DNA from: Clostridia bacterium
Lineage (GTDB): Bacteria; Bacillota; Clostridia; Christensenellales; QALW01
Length of the DNA stretch: 64,000 bases
NCBI GenBank assembly: GCA_045591115.1
Contig: JAZNSH010000034.1
Coordinates: forward strand, 20,779-84,778
Reading direction: 5' to 3'
Shown here: positions 17,682 through 27,635 of the stretch, piece by piece
Layout: each line of letters begins with the position of its first letter
Numbering within the stretch: position 1 is the first letter of the stretch
Program-made: the position numbers and the translations under genes
The notes under the pieces: model-generated
The model's input: only the letters and a program-made list of their open reading frames with translations
Told to the model about the DNA's origin: nothing
Databases searched by the model: none

Positions 17682-18983
17682 ATGAAAATTAAAGTTATTG
17701 GTGCTGGTCTTGCAGGATGTGAGGCCGCATACCAGCTTTTAAAGCGTGGGGCAGAGGTTGAACTTTACGAGATGCGCCCAAATAAAATGACACCTGCTCA
17801 TCATACTGATGGCTTTGCCGAGCTTGTTTGTTCTAATTCTCTGCGTTCTGACAGACTTGAAAATGCCGCAGGACTTCTTAAGGAGGAGCTGAGGCAGCTT
17901 GATTCCGTTATAATTCGCGCAGCTGATATGTGCAGTGTTCCTGCAGGTGGAGCGCTTGCGGTTGATAGAAATAATTTTTCAAGCAAAATCAGAGAAATTC
18001 TATCAAGCTTTGATAACTTTTCTTTTAAAAATGAGGAAGTTGTTGAAATTCCAACTGATTGTCCCGTAATTATTGCGGCAGGACCTCTTTGCAGTGATGA
18101 TCTTTTAAAAAAAATTCAAAAGCTTATCGGTGAAGATTATTGTCATTTTTTTGATGCGGCAGCACCTATTGTAACAAAAGATTCCATTGATATGAACATT
18201 GCTTTCTGTGCAAGCAGATATGGAAAAGGCGATAGCGATTATATAAATTGTCCGATGACGGAGGATGAGTATAATAGATTTGTTGATGAGCTTGTAAATG
18301 CAGAGGTTGCACCTGTGCACGGCTTTGAAGGGCAGGTTTTTGAAGGCTGTATGCCCGTTGAAGTTATGGCTTCACGAGGAAAAATGACTCTTGCCTTCGG
18401 ACCTTGTAAGCCGGTAGGCATAATTGATCCCAAAACGGGAAAAGAACCCTTTGCCTGTGTTCAGCTTCGCAGAGATGATGCACTTGATACACTATACAAC
18501 ATTGTCGGCTTTCAAACACATCTTAAATTCGGTGAACAAAAGCGTGTTTTTTCAATGATTCCCGGTCTTGAAAATTGTGAAATCGTGAGATATGGTGTGA
18601 TGCACCGTAACACGTTTATTTGTTCGCCTAAAGTACTTGACAAGACTTATGCCTTAAAAAGCAACCCGCAAATTGCCTTTGCAGGTCAGATTACAGGTGT
18701 TGAAGGGTATATTGAATCGGCTGCATCAGGTTTTCTTTCTGCGGTATCTATGTTTGAGCGTTTGAGTGGAAAAGAAATTACTGATTTTACAGATGAGACA
18801 GCCATAGGTGCTCTGGGGTACTACGTTTCAGCGGGCAGTGGCAGAAATTTTCAGCCGATGAATGTAAACTTCGGCATAATTAAGCCGCCGGAAGCAAAGA
18901 TTAAAGGCGGAAAACAAGCGAGATATTTATATATATCAAACCGTGCTCTTGCACGTATAAATGAATTAAAGGAGAAAATTTAA
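17682..18983 (+). CDS. trmFO: Methylenetetrahydrofolate--tRNA-(uracil-5-)-methyltransferase TrmFO (Gid)
   Basis: [18 protein letters not shown]-binding motif, ...[10 protein letters not shown]..., [12 protein letters not shown]. Confidence 0.92.
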   Translation: MKIKVIGAGLAGCEAAYQLLKRGAEVELYEMRPNKMTPAHHTDGFAELVCSNSLRSDRLENAAGLLKEELRQLDSVIIRAADMCSVPAGGALAVDRNNFSSKIREILSSFDNFSFKNEEVVEIPTDCPVIIAAGPLCSDDLLKKIQKLIGEDYCHFFDAAAPIVTKDSIDMNIAFCASRYGKGDSDYINCPMTEDEYNRFVDELVNAEVAPVHGFEGQVFEGCMPVEVMASRGKMTLAFGPCKPVGIIDPKTGKEPFACVQLRRDDALDTLYNIVGFQTHLKFGEQKRVFSMIPGLENCEIVRYGVMHRNTFICSPKVLDKTYALKSNPQIAFAGQITGVEGYIESAASGFLSAVSMFERLSGKEITDFTDETAIGALGYYVSAGSGRNFQPMNVNFGIIKPPEAKIKGGKQARYLYISNRALARINELKEKI

Positions 18984-18984
18984 A

Positions 18985-19518
18985 ATGCAGTTCAGAGGAA
19001 CTACTATTGTTTGTGTCCGTAAAAACGGTAAATGTGCTCTTGCAGGCGATGGCCAAGTCACGATGGGCGAATCTGTTGTAATGAAAGCAACTGCAGTTAA
19101 AGTGCGTAAATTATTTAATGATACTGTTTCTGTAGGGTTTGCAGGGTCTGTTTCAGATGCTTTTACCCTTTGTGATCTTTTTGAAGCAAAGCTTCAGGAA
19201 CATTCGGGAAATTTATATCGTGCAAGCGTTGAGCTTGTAAAAATGTGGCGAAGAGACCGTGCTTTAAGTAAACTTGAAGCAATGCTTATTGCCGCTGACA
19301 AAACTACTACGTTGGTTTTATCAGGCACAGGTGAAATTATCGAGCCTGATGACGGTGTTGTTGCTATCGGCAGTGGCGGAAACTATGCTTTAGCCGCTGC
19401 ACGGGCATTAAGTGAAAATACTGATCTTGAGGCTAAAGATATCGCATATAAGGCCCTTAAAATAGCAGGGGATATATGTGTTTATACCAACGATCATATT
19501 ACTTTATTGGAGGTGTAA
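18985..19518 (+). CDS. hslV: ATP-dependent protease subunit HslV (ClpQ)
   Basis: 177 aa. The N-terminus is [15 protein letters not shown]; the mature N-terminal Thr is in the TT pair. [14 protein letters not shown] is also present. Confidence 0.92.
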   Translation: MQFRGTTIVCVRKNGKCALAGDGQVTMGESVVMKATAVKVRKLFNDTVSVGFAGSVSDAFTLCDLFEAKLQEHSGNLYRASVELVKMWRRDRALSKLEAMLIAADKTTTLVLSGTGEIIEPDDGVVAIGSGGNYALAAARALSENTDLEAKDIAYKALKIAGDICVYTNDHITLLEV

Positions 19519-19520
19519 AA

Positions 19521-20837
19521 ATGCAGTATTCACCAAATGAAGTTGTTGATGAATTATCAAGATTTATTATTGGGCAAAATGAAGCCAAAAGAGCTGTTGC
19601 GGTTGCGTTAAGAAACCGTTATCGCAGAAGCAAGCTTTCCAAGGAACTTCAGGATGAAATTACGCCAAAAAATATTATTATGTCAGGTCCAACGGGTGTT
19701 GGTAAAACTGAAATTGCCCGTAGAATCGCTAAAATAGTCGGTGCGCCATTTGTAAAGGTTGAGGCAACAAAGTTTACTGAGGTTGGTTACGTTGGAAGAG
19801 ATGTTGACTCGATGATTCGCGACCTTGCTGAGGCTTCAATCAGACTTATTAAAGAAGAGAAGACAAATCAGCTTCACGATAAGCTTGAAAATTTAACAAC
19901 TAATAGACTTATAGATATTCTTCTTCCTATGCGAAAGAAAAAAGAGGAAGAGGCTGATGATATTTCTTTGAGGAGAGATGCTATAAAATCCGATCTTGAA
20001 TCAGGGAAAATTGAAGAGCTTACCATTGAGCTTGAGGTTGAAGATAAACCGCAAGGAATGAACGTTGAAATGCCCGGGCAACCTGAAATTGTTATTGGCG
20101 ATATTTTTGGCAATATGATGCCTAAAAAAATGAAAAAGCGTAAAATGCCAATAAAAGAAGCAAGAAAGGTTATTTCTCAGCAAGAACTCAATAAGCTTCT
20201 TGACATGGATGCAGTTACACAAGAGGCGTTAGAAAGAGCAGAGCAAAGCGGAATTATCTTCATTGACGAAATTGATAAGATTGCATCAGGCTCGTCAGCA
20301 GGCAGAGGACCGGATGTTAGCCGTGAAGGTGTTCAGAGAGATATTCTTCCTTTAGTTGAGGGGTGTACCGTTACTACAAAATACGGTCCAATTAAGACCG
20401 ATTATATTCTTTTTATCGCCGCAGGTGCTTTCCACTTATCAAAAATAACAGACCTTATTCCTGAACTGCAGGGCAGATTCCCGTTACACGTTCAGTTAAG
20501 TGCTTTAGGCGAAAGCGAATTAAGAGATATTCTTGTTCGTACCGATAATGCTCTTATTCATCAGTATCAGGCACTTTTAAAGGTTGATAACGTAAACCTT
20601 GTGTTTGCTGATGAGGCAATTGATATGATCGCTCACTATGCTTTTGTCGAAAATGAAGTTAAAGAAAACATCGGTGCTCGTCGTTTAACTGCAGTTATGG
20701 AAAAGCTTCTTGATGAGGTTTCCTTTACAGCGACAGATGAAATTCCTATGCATGATGTTGTTGTTGATAAGGAATATATTGAAAAATATCTTGGTGAAAA
20801 TGCCTCTGATAAGGATTTAAGAAAATATATTATTTAA
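19521..20837 (+). CDS. hslU: ATP-dependent protease ATPase subunit HslU (ClpY)
   Basis: PNEVVDELSRFIIGQNEAKRAVAVALRNRYRR and Walker A GPTGVGKTEIARR. The ATG at 19521 follows GGAGGTG. The track start at 19476 overlaps hslV. Confidence 0.92.
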   Translation: MQYSPNEVVDELSRFIIGQNEAKRAVAVALRNRYRRSKLSKELQDEITPKNIIMSGPTGVGKTEIARRIAKIVGAPFVKVEATKFTEVGYVGRDVDSMIRDLAEASIRLIKEEKTNQLHDKLENLTTNRLIDILLPMRKKKEEEADDISLRRDAIKSDLESGKIEELTIELEVEDKPQGMNVEMPGQPEIVIGDIFGNMMPKKMKKRKMPIKEARKVISQQELNKLLDMDAVTQEALERAEQSGIIFIDEIDKIASGSSAGRGPDVSREGVQRDILPLVEGCTVTTKYGPIKTDYILFIAAGAFHLSKITDLIPELQGRFPLHVQLSALGESELRDILVRTDNALIHQYQALLKVDNVNLVFADEAIDMIAHYAFVENEVKENIGARRLTAVMEKLLDEVSFTATDEIPMHDVVVDKEYIEKYLGENASDKDLRKYII

Positions 20838-20860
20838 GCCGATTTTTTAATCGGCTTTTT
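20836..20860 (+). terminator. Rho-independent terminator
   Basis: AAGCCGATT / AATCGGCTT stem with a 4-nt loop, followed by a T-run. Confidence 0.8.
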
Positions 20861-20917
20861 GTATATAAAAAAATTTTTCGCAAAAAATAATTGCACAAAA
20901 TTTAAGGAGAATTTTAT

Positions 20918-23140
20918 ATGAATGCAATTATTTTAGCAGGTGGAATGGGGCAAAGGCTCAGACCGCTTACAGAAGAATTACCAAAGCCTATGATTCCTAT
21001 ATTAAATAAACCGTTAATGGAATATTCTTTAGAGCTTTTAAAGAAAAACGGAATAACATCAATGGGTGTAACCCTAATGTATTTACCGCAAATGGTTAAA
21101 AACTACTTTGGGGATGGAAGTAAGTTCGGTGTCGATATTTCATATTACGTTGAAGATGAACCCCTAGGCACCGCAGGCTCTGTTAAATTAGCGGAAGAAA
21201 AGCTTGACGATACCTTTGTTGTGATAAGCGGCGATGCGCTTACAAATGTTCAGATAGATAAAATTTTAAAATATCATAAATCAATTGAGGCAGATGTTAC
21301 TATTGTTTTATCAAAACAAAGCCAGCCTCTTGAATACGGTGTTGTTTTAACCGATACTTCGGGGAGAATAACTTCATTTATGGAAAAACCTATGTGGGAA
21401 AGCGTTGTATCTGATACTGTAAATACAGGTATTTACGTTATTGAAAAGAAAATTCTTGAAAAAATTCCTCCCAAAACCGAATTTGATTTCAGCAATGATC
21501 TGTTTCCGTTGCTTTTAAGAGAAAATTACAGATTATTTGGTTATATTACGGAGGATTACTGGTGTGATTTAGGAAATCCGCAAAGCTACAAGAGAGCAAT
21601 AAACGATATTTTGGCAGGAAAAGTATTTGGAAAGAAATATGAAAACGTATTAAATGAAGGCGTTGTAATATCAGAAAATGTTAAACTTAATCCTCCTGTT
21701 TATATAGGAAAAAATGTTGTTATTAACGGAAACTGTACCATCGGACCTAACGTCTGTGTGGGGGACAATTCTATCATTGAAAACAGTAAAATAACTTCGT
21801 CAGTTTTATTGAACGGTGTTTTAATAAATTCATCAAGCTTTAATGATTGTATTATCGGAGAAAATAGCGTAATTGACAAATGCATTTTATCAGGTAATAA
21901 TACTGTTGGCTCAAAAGTAAAAATAAATAAAAATTCTCTTATTAAAAGAGATGTTTCAATAAACAATAATATGGAAATTCCTGAAGATTCCGTAATTGAG
22001 GAAAACGTAATCAATGCATTTATAACAAAAGGGAATTTTTTTTGTGATAATGGCATTTGCGGTTTGTGGAATCACGAAATTTCTTATCAAGATCTTTTGG
22101 GAATTGCCTCAACTTTTTCTTCTGAAAAAATTTTAGTTGCCTCCAATAAAAGTGATTTGGCTATTGCGCTTTCAGAACTTCTTGCTTCATTTTATATCTT
22201 GTGTGGGTCAAGGGTATATTTAAGTGTTGCAAATGAAGCATCCTCCAATTTTTTTGCTTTTGCAAACAATGTTAAAGCTGTTTATATTTATGAAGAAAAT
22301 GAAAAAATCAATATTCGTTTTATAAATGAAAAAGGTCTAAACATTTCACATAAAGACGAAAAAAAGATTGATTTTAACAAAAAAGAGTTTTCATTAAACA
22401 GAGGAAAAATTATTCGTGTAAAATCAATTGATAAAGATTTTGAATTTTATCTTAACTCATCTATTCCATTTTCAAAAGAAAACGTTCAAATAAGTTCTGA
22501 TGAGAAATTCAGGCTTCATAATATTATATGGAGTGATAATAAGGAAAGCTTTCTTTCCGACAAAATCGCAAAAGCATTTATTTCTGCTAAAAACGGCGCA
22601 ATCAGCAACGTTTATAATCAGTCAGGAAGAATATCAACTGCTGACTTTTTACGGCTTAAATGTGATATTATAAGCTATTTGGGAGGCAAAAATGTATTTC
22701 TTCCAGCATATACGCCTGATGAAATAATTGATGAAGCAAAGAAAAATGGGCTGAATATTTTAAAAAAAATGCAGCATATGGGTGACACAATGAATCAAGC
22801 AGAAAGCTTTGTTGATATTGCTGTTTTAATGGAGTATGTTCCATCGTTTTTTGCTCAGGCGCTTGCTTTTTATTTATCTAAAAATGAAATAAAAAATAAT
22901 AACGTTTTGATTGCTCGATATGACTTTAAAACGAGTAATCCCGATACTTGCAATACTATTTTTTTATTTAATAAAAACAGAGGAAAAGATAAGATCTCTG
23001 CAAATTACAGAAACGGACATATAACCGTAGTGCCTCAAAACAACGGTTATTATTTTACGGCTTACGGAAGGTTTGCAAATGAAGAATATGCACCGGATAT
23101 AATTGAAAACTTCGTTTCTGAAAATACTGTTAAAGAGTAA
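20918..23140 (+). CDS. Sugar-1-phosphate nucleotidyltransferase (NTP-transferase plus left-handed beta-helix) fused to a C-terminal domain of about 370 aa lacking recognisable catalytic motifs
   Basis: N-terminus ILAGGMGQRLRPLTEELPKPMIP...EPLGTAGS, followed by hexapeptide-like repeats (aa about 250-350). The C-terminal half has a phosphohexomutase-like layout, but I cannot find a (T/S)ASHN phosphoserine loop. Confidence 0.75.
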   Translation: MNAIILAGGMGQRLRPLTEELPKPMIPILNKPLMEYSLELLKKNGITSMGVTLMYLPQMVKNYFGDGSKFGVDISYYVEDEPLGTAGSVKLAEEKLDDTFVVISGDALTNVQIDKILKYHKSIEADVTIVLSKQSQPLEYGVVLTDTSGRITSFMEKPMWESVVSDTVNTGIYVIEKKILEKIPPKTEFDFSNDLFPLLLRENYRLFGYITEDYWCDLGNPQSYKRAINDILAGKVFGKKYENVLNEGVVISENVKLNPPVYIGKNVVINGNCTIGPNVCVGDNSIIENSKITSSVLLNGVLINSSSFNDCIIGENSVIDKCILSGNNTVGSKVKINKNSLIKRDVSINNNMEIPEDSVIEENVINAFITKGNFFCDNGICGLWNHEISYQDLLGIASTFSSEKILVASNKSDLAIALSELLASFYILCGSRVYLSVANEASSNFFAFANNVKAVYIYEENEKINIRFINEKGLNISHKDEKKIDFNKKEFSLNRGKIIRVKSIDKDFEFYLNSSIPFSKENVQISSDEKFRLHNIIWSDNKESFLSDKIAKAFISAKNGAISNVYNQSGRISTADFLRLKCDIISYLGGKNVFLPAYTPDEIIDEAKKNGLNILKKMQHMGDTMNQAESFVDIAVLMEYVPSFFAQALAFYLSKNEIKNNNVLIARYDFKTSNPDTCNTIFLFNKNRGKDKISANYRNGHITVVPQNNGYYFTAYGRFANEEYAPDIIENFVSENTVKE

Positions 23141-23141
23141 G

Positions 23142-23165
23142 ACCGATGATTTTTCATCGGTTTTA
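23142..23165 (+). terminator. Rho-independent terminator
   Basis: ACCGATGA / TCATCGGT stem with a TTTT loop, followed by TTTTA. Confidence 0.75.
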
Positions 23166-23258
23166 TACATAATAAAACATATTTATTATATTTAATTACT
23201 TGCAATTTTGCATTTATTGTTGTATAATTTTATTAAGTATGTTTATGGAGGTATATTT

Positions 23259-24929
23259 GTGGCAAAAACAAAACATAAACTTAAGATAATACCTCTCGGC
23301 GGTGTTGAAGAAATCGGCAAGAATATGACCGCCATCGAGTATGGTAATGATATAGTTGTTATAGATTGCGGATCAATGTTTCCTAATGAGGATCTTTATG
23401 GAATTGATCTTGTTATTCCTGATACCACTTATCTTGAAAAGAATATTGATAAGCTTAGGGCATTTATTATTACGCACGGACACGAGGATCATATAGGTGC
23501 AATTCCGTATATTTTTCAGCGAATAAACGCACCTATTTATTGTACAAGGCTTACTCAGGCTTTAATTGAAAATAAGCTTAAAGAGTACAATATGCCTCAA
23601 AAAATCAAAATTAACTGTATTAAAGAAAAAGAAGTATTACGCATCGGATGTTTTTCCATTGAGTTTATAAAAACAAATCACTCAATTGCAGGCGCTGTTG
23701 CATTGGCAATAACTACACCTATGGGAACTGTAATACATACCGGTGATTTTAAGGTTGATTATACGCCCGTTGATGGTGACGTTATCGATCTTGCAACCTT
23801 TGCACGTTACGGCGAAGAAGGCGTTCTTCTTTTGATGTCTGACAGTACCAACGCTGAGCGTGAAGGTTTTACGATGAGCGAAAGCAAGGTAGGTGAATGC
23901 TTTGAAAAATATTTTGACGAGGGCAGTGATAAGCGAATAATTATTGCGACCTTTGCAAGTAATATTCATCGCATTCAGCAGATAATTGACTGTGCTGAAA
24001 AATATAACAGAAAAATATGTTTTTTAGGCAGAAGTATGGAAAACGTTTCAAAAATTGCTGCTGATTTGGGAGAGCTTAACGTTAGTCCAAAAACAATAAT
24101 TTCTATTGATAAAGCTGAAAATCTTCCTAAAGAAAAGGTTGTTATCATTACTACCGGTTCTCAAGGAGAGCCTATGAGCGGTCTTGCGAGGTTAGCCAAT
24201 GGTGATCATTCTCGACTTAAGCTTTCAAAAGGTGATATGGTAATTCTTTCTTCCTCAGCAATTCCGGGAAACGAAAAAATGGTTTACAGAGTGATCAATA
24301 ATCTTTATCGTCTTGGCGTTATTGTTATCTATGAAGCACTTGAAACCGTTCACGTTTCAGGCCACGCTTGTAAGGAAGAATTGAAATTGATTCTTTCACT
24401 AACAAAACCAAAGTACTTTATGCCCGTTCACGGCGAGTACAGACATCTTATGCAACATGCGTTACTTGCTGAAAAGATCGGAATATCATCAAATAATATT
24501 TTTATGCCTGAGATGGGACGTGTTCTTGAAATTTCAAAGACTGATGCAAAGCTGAATGAAACAGTTCAAAGCGGCGTTATTATGGTTGATGGTCTTGGCA
24601 TTGGTGATGTTGGTAACGTTGTTTTAAGAGATAGGAAAGTACTTTCACAGGATGGTTTGCTTGTTGTTTGCATTACTCTTTCAAGCAGTGACGGTTCCCT
24701 TTTGACTGAGCCTGATATAATTTCACGCGGTTTTATTTATATGAAGGAAAACGAAGATCTTATTCAAGAATCTAAAGATATCGTTCATAAGCTTATGGAC
24801 GGAATCAGGACTGACAGACTTCGCGATTGGTCTTATATAAAAAATGAAGTAAGGCGCCAATTAAAGGAGTATTTATATTCAAAAACAAAGCGTACTCCTA
24901 TGATTTTGCCGATGATAATTGAAATATGA
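23259..24929 (+). CDS. rnj: Ribonuclease J
   Basis: Metallo-beta-lactamase / beta-CASP protein with the HGHEDHIG motif. The N-terminus KLKIIPLGGVEEIGKNMT is typical of RNase J. The GTG at 23259 follows GGAGG. Confidence 0.9.
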   Translation: MAKTKHKLKIIPLGGVEEIGKNMTAIEYGNDIVVIDCGSMFPNEDLYGIDLVIPDTTYLEKNIDKLRAFIITHGHEDHIGAIPYIFQRINAPIYCTRLTQALIENKLKEYNMPQKIKINCIKEKEVLRIGCFSIEFIKTNHSIAGAVALAITTPMGTVIHTGDFKVDYTPVDGDVIDLATFARYGEEGVLLLMSDSTNAEREGFTMSESKVGECFEKYFDEGSDKRIIIATFASNIHRIQQIIDCAEKYNRKICFLGRSMENVSKIAADLGELNVSPKTIISIDKAENLPKEKVVIITTGSQGEPMSGLARLANGDHSRLKLSKGDMVILSSSAIPGNEKMVYRVINNLYRLGVIVIYEALETVHVSGHACKEELKLILSLTKPKYFMPVHGEYRHLMQHALLAEKIGISSNNIFMPEMGRVLEISKTDAKLNETVQSGVIMVDGLGIGDVGNVVLRDRKVLSQDGLLVVCITLSSSDGSLLTEPDIISRGFIYMKENEDLIQESKDIVHKLMDGIRTDRLRDWSYIKNEVRRQLKEYLYSKTKRTPMILPMIIEI

Positions 24930-26101
24930 AAAAGAAAAAGAAATTTAATATTATTGAATCTTATAAAAAATACAAAAAAAAGCGTGATTCACGCCCGCCT
25001 AACAAGGTGTGGAGAATTTTGCGCCCTATAACTATTTATTTGATAAGCACCGTTCTTGTTGTGACGGTTTTTGCTTATGGAATAAATGCTATTCTTTATA
25101 AGTTTTTCGGTGCGGTGGATAAAAACGATGATTCGCCTGTTTTGTTCACAATAGGTGAGGGTGCATCGTTATCCTCTGTTGCAACAAAGCTTGAGGATGC
25201 GGGACTTATAAATTCGTCCTTTGGTATTAAACTGTTGGCTGATTTCACAAGCGTTTCTTCTAAAATTAAAAATGGGGAATATATCCTTGACAGAACGATG
25301 ACAGTTCAGGAAATTCTTGATATAATTACTCGTTCAACGGCTTCTACCGGCGTAATAAAGGTGACTCTTGTAGAAGGTATGACGGTTAAAGATTTTGCTG
25401 AAATACTTAAAAATGCAGGTGTTATTTCGTCTGATGATTCTTTTTTGAAGGAATGTGAAGAGCCTACTAAATATTCCCAGTATTATTTTGTTTCGCCTGT
25501 TTGTGAAATGGATAACCTGAAATATGGGCTTGAGGGATATTTGTTCCCTGATACATATGAGTTTTTTGTAAATTCTTCAAATGAAGAAGTTATTAAAAAG
25601 CTTTTAAACAGAATGAACACGATTTATACTACTGCGTATACAGAGCGTGCTGATGAGCTCGGCTTAACAATGCACGAGGTAATTACCTTGGCTTCAATAG
25701 TTGAGAAAGAGGGCAGAGGGGAAGATTTTAATAAAATTGCTGCTGTTTTCCATAACCGAATTAAAAAAGGTATGCGCCTTGAATCTGACGTTACAGTTCA
25801 GTATGCTTTGGGAATTAAAAAACTTGTTCTTACAACTGAACAATTAAGGGTTGATTCGCCTTATAATACATATGTTGTTTCCGGCATTCCTGCTGGTCCT
25901 ATCTGTAACCCCAGCCGAGATGCGATTAAGGCAGTTTTGTATCCCAATGAAGAGATTTTAAATGGAAATTATCTTTATTTTACTTTAACTGATCCTTACA
26001 CCGGTGAAGTTAAATATTCAAAAACATATGAGGAACATATTTCAATAAAAAATCAATATAAAGATGCTTGGGAAGCCTATGATAAGGCGCAGGGAAATTG
26101 A
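24926..26101 (+). CDS. mltG: Endolytic murein transglycosylase MltG (YceG-like)
   Basis: N-terminal TM anchor and a YceG domain with [10 protein letters not shown] and ASIVEKE. Confidence 0.85.
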   Translation: MKKKKKFNIIESYKKYKKKRDSRPPNKVWRILRPITIYLISTVLVVTVFAYGINAILYKFFGAVDKNDDSPVLFTIGEGASLSSVATKLEDAGLINSSFGIKLLADFTSVSSKIKNGEYILDRTMTVQEILDIITRSTASTGVIKVTLVEGMTVKDFAEILKNAGVISSDDSFLKECEEPTKYSQYYFVSPVCEMDNLKYGLEGYLFPDTYEFFVNSSNEEVIKKLLNRMNTIYTTAYTERADELGLTMHEVITLASIVEKEGRGEDFNKIAAVFHNRIKKGMRLESDVTVQYALGIKKLVLTTEQLRVDSPYNTYVVSGIPAGPICNPSRDAIKAVLYPNEEILNGNYLYFTLTDPYTGEVKYSKTYEEHISIKNQYKDAWEAYDKAQGN

Positions 26102-26547
26102 TGAAAAAAGTAACTATATATACAGATGGCGCCTGCTCAGGCAACCCCGGCGTTGGCGGTTGGGGGGCAATTCTTTTCTATAATGAGCATAAAAAAGAGA
26201 TAAGCGGATATGCTGAATTGACAACCAATAACAGAATGGAGCTTACTGCCGCCATTAAAGCTCTGGAATTGTTAAAAGAAAAATGCGAAGTTGAGTTGTA
26301 TTCGGATAGTGCATATCTCGTAAATGCTTTTAATGAAAAATGGATATTCGGTTGGAAGAAGAAAAATTGGAAAAAAGGCAATGAAGATATTCCCAATGTA
26401 GATTTGTGGCAGAAATTATTTTCGCTTTTTTATCAACATGAAATTACTTTTATCAAAGTTAAAGGCCATTCGGACAATGAATTTAACAATCGATGCGATA
26501 AACTTGCAACAGGTGCAATTAAAGAATTTATTATGTCAAAACAGTGA
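26098..26547 (+). CDS. rnhA: Ribonuclease HI
   Basis: [20 protein letters not shown]...TNNRMEL...DS.Y...W...VKGHS..E.N..CD.LA pattern. Confidence 0.9.
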   Translation: MMKKVTIYTDGACSGNPGVGGWGAILFYNEHKKEISGYAELTTNNRMELTAAIKALELLKEKCEVELYSDSAYLVNAFNEKWIFGWKKKNWKKGNEDIPNVDLWQKLFSLFYQHEITFIKVKGHSDNEFNNRCDKLATGAIKEFIMSKQ

Positions 26548-26566
26548 TTTTACTCACTGTTTTTTC
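26540..26566 (+). terminator. Rho-independent terminator
   Basis: AACAGTGA / TCACTGTT stem followed by TTTTTTC. Confidence 0.75.
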
Positions 26567-26638
26567 TTTTATTTAGTGCAAAAAGTAGCATTTCAGGTAT
26601 GAATTTTAGCGTTTGAGGTTAAAGAATTTGTTGTTATA

Positions 26639-26667
26639 TTGACGTTTTTTGTTTAAAAAAGTATAAT
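26639..26667 (+). promoter_or_regulatory. Candidate promoter: TTGACG, 17-nt spacer, TATAAT
   Basis: TTGACG at 26639-26644, a 17-nt spacer, and TATAAT at 26662-26667, located 41 nt upstream of the spoIIP ATG. Confidence 0.5.
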
Positions 26668-26707
26668 TTTGTTACGATTTTATTACAAAAGGACGTGTTT
26701 TGCCAAA

Positions 26708-27532
26708 ATGAACTCAAAAACAGAAATGAAATTTATTTTGCGAAGAGTTGGATTTGCCGTTATAGCGGTTTTGCTTGTTATTATACTAATGATTATCGTA
26801 TTTTCAAATAAAAAAGATAAAAGTAATAATTCATCTTTTGTTCAGAAAACACCTGAAAACACGGAGAGCATTGGTGTTTTTAATCCAATAACAACACCGA
26901 TACCAACGCAAAAATTAAAACCAGAAAAAAGGTCTATTTTAATTTATCACACACATAATGATGAAGCTTATTATAAGGGATCAAAAAAGTATGTGGAATC
27001 TGATACCGGAAGAAGCTTTGATGAAAACTATAATATTATATCAGTTGGAAATGCTTTAAAAAACAATTTAGAATCAAGAAATTTTAATGTAATTCACGAT
27101 AAAAGCGATAGTGTTTCTGCAGGGTTTTATTCAGCATATGATACAAGTTATCAAAACATAAAAAATTATATAGGCAAAGTTGATATTTTTATTGATTTGC
27201 ACAGAGATGCGTATTACAATACAAAACAAAATTATTTAAAGAAAAATTCAAAGGAATATGCATATATAAGGATGGTTGTTGCAAACGGAACAAATTATGA
27301 TAATAAACCAAACTATACAGAAAATTTAAAATTTGCGGAAGCTTTAGATGAAAGATTAAATAATATTTTACCTGGAATATCAAAAGGAATTTTTATTAAG
27401 GAAGCAAGATTAAATCAACACATATCAAATTTTTGCTTACTGATAGAAATAGGAAATGAAAAAAATGATATAGAACAAGCTAGAAACAGCACTGAAATTA
27501 TTGCACAAGCGTTAAATGATATTTTTTATTGA
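26708..27532 (+). CDS. spoIIP: Stage II sporulation protein P (SpoIIP family amidase/peptidase)
   Basis: N-terminal TM anchor, then ILIYHTHNDEAY and DLHRD motifs. The ATG at 26708 is preferred over the TTG at 26669. Confidence 0.8.
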   Translation: MNSKTEMKFILRRVGFAVIAVLLVIILMIIVFSNKKDKSNNSSFVQKTPENTESIGVFNPITTPIPTQKLKPEKRSILIYHTHNDEAYYKGSKKYVESDTGRSFDENYNIISVGNALKNNLESRNFNVIHDKSDSVSAGFYSAYDTSYQNIKNYIGKVDIFIDLHRDAYYNTKQNYLKKNSKEYAYIRMVVANGTNYDNKPNYTENLKFAEALDERLNNILPGISKGIFIKEARLNQHISNFCLLIEIGNEKNDIEQARNSTEIIAQALNDIFY

Positions 27533-27562
27533 CAAAAAGCTGTTTTGGGTTTAAAATATACT

Positions 27563-27598
27563 CAACACTTCGCAAAACTTGTGTTTTGCGAAGTGTTG
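27563..27598. repeat. Perfect 16-bp inverted repeat with a 4-nt loop (hairpin without a U-tract)
   Basis: CAACACTTCGCAAAAC ttgt GTTTTGCGAAGTGTTG, between the spoIIP stop and the recombinase gene. No T-run follows on the plus strand. Confidence 0.8.
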
Positions 27599-27635
27599 AC
27601 AAAGTGCCCTATATTAAAAAAAGGACGTGTTTTTT

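Noticed and set aside
26687-27633. An identical 15-mer, AAAAGGACGTGTTTT, just upstream of both the spoIIP (26687-26701) and recombinase (27619-27633) start codons.
   Set aside because: A single 15-nt A/T-rich match within 64 kb is close to chance expectation, and both copies are adequately explained as SD contexts. It is worth a genome-wide count, but I cannot support a function.
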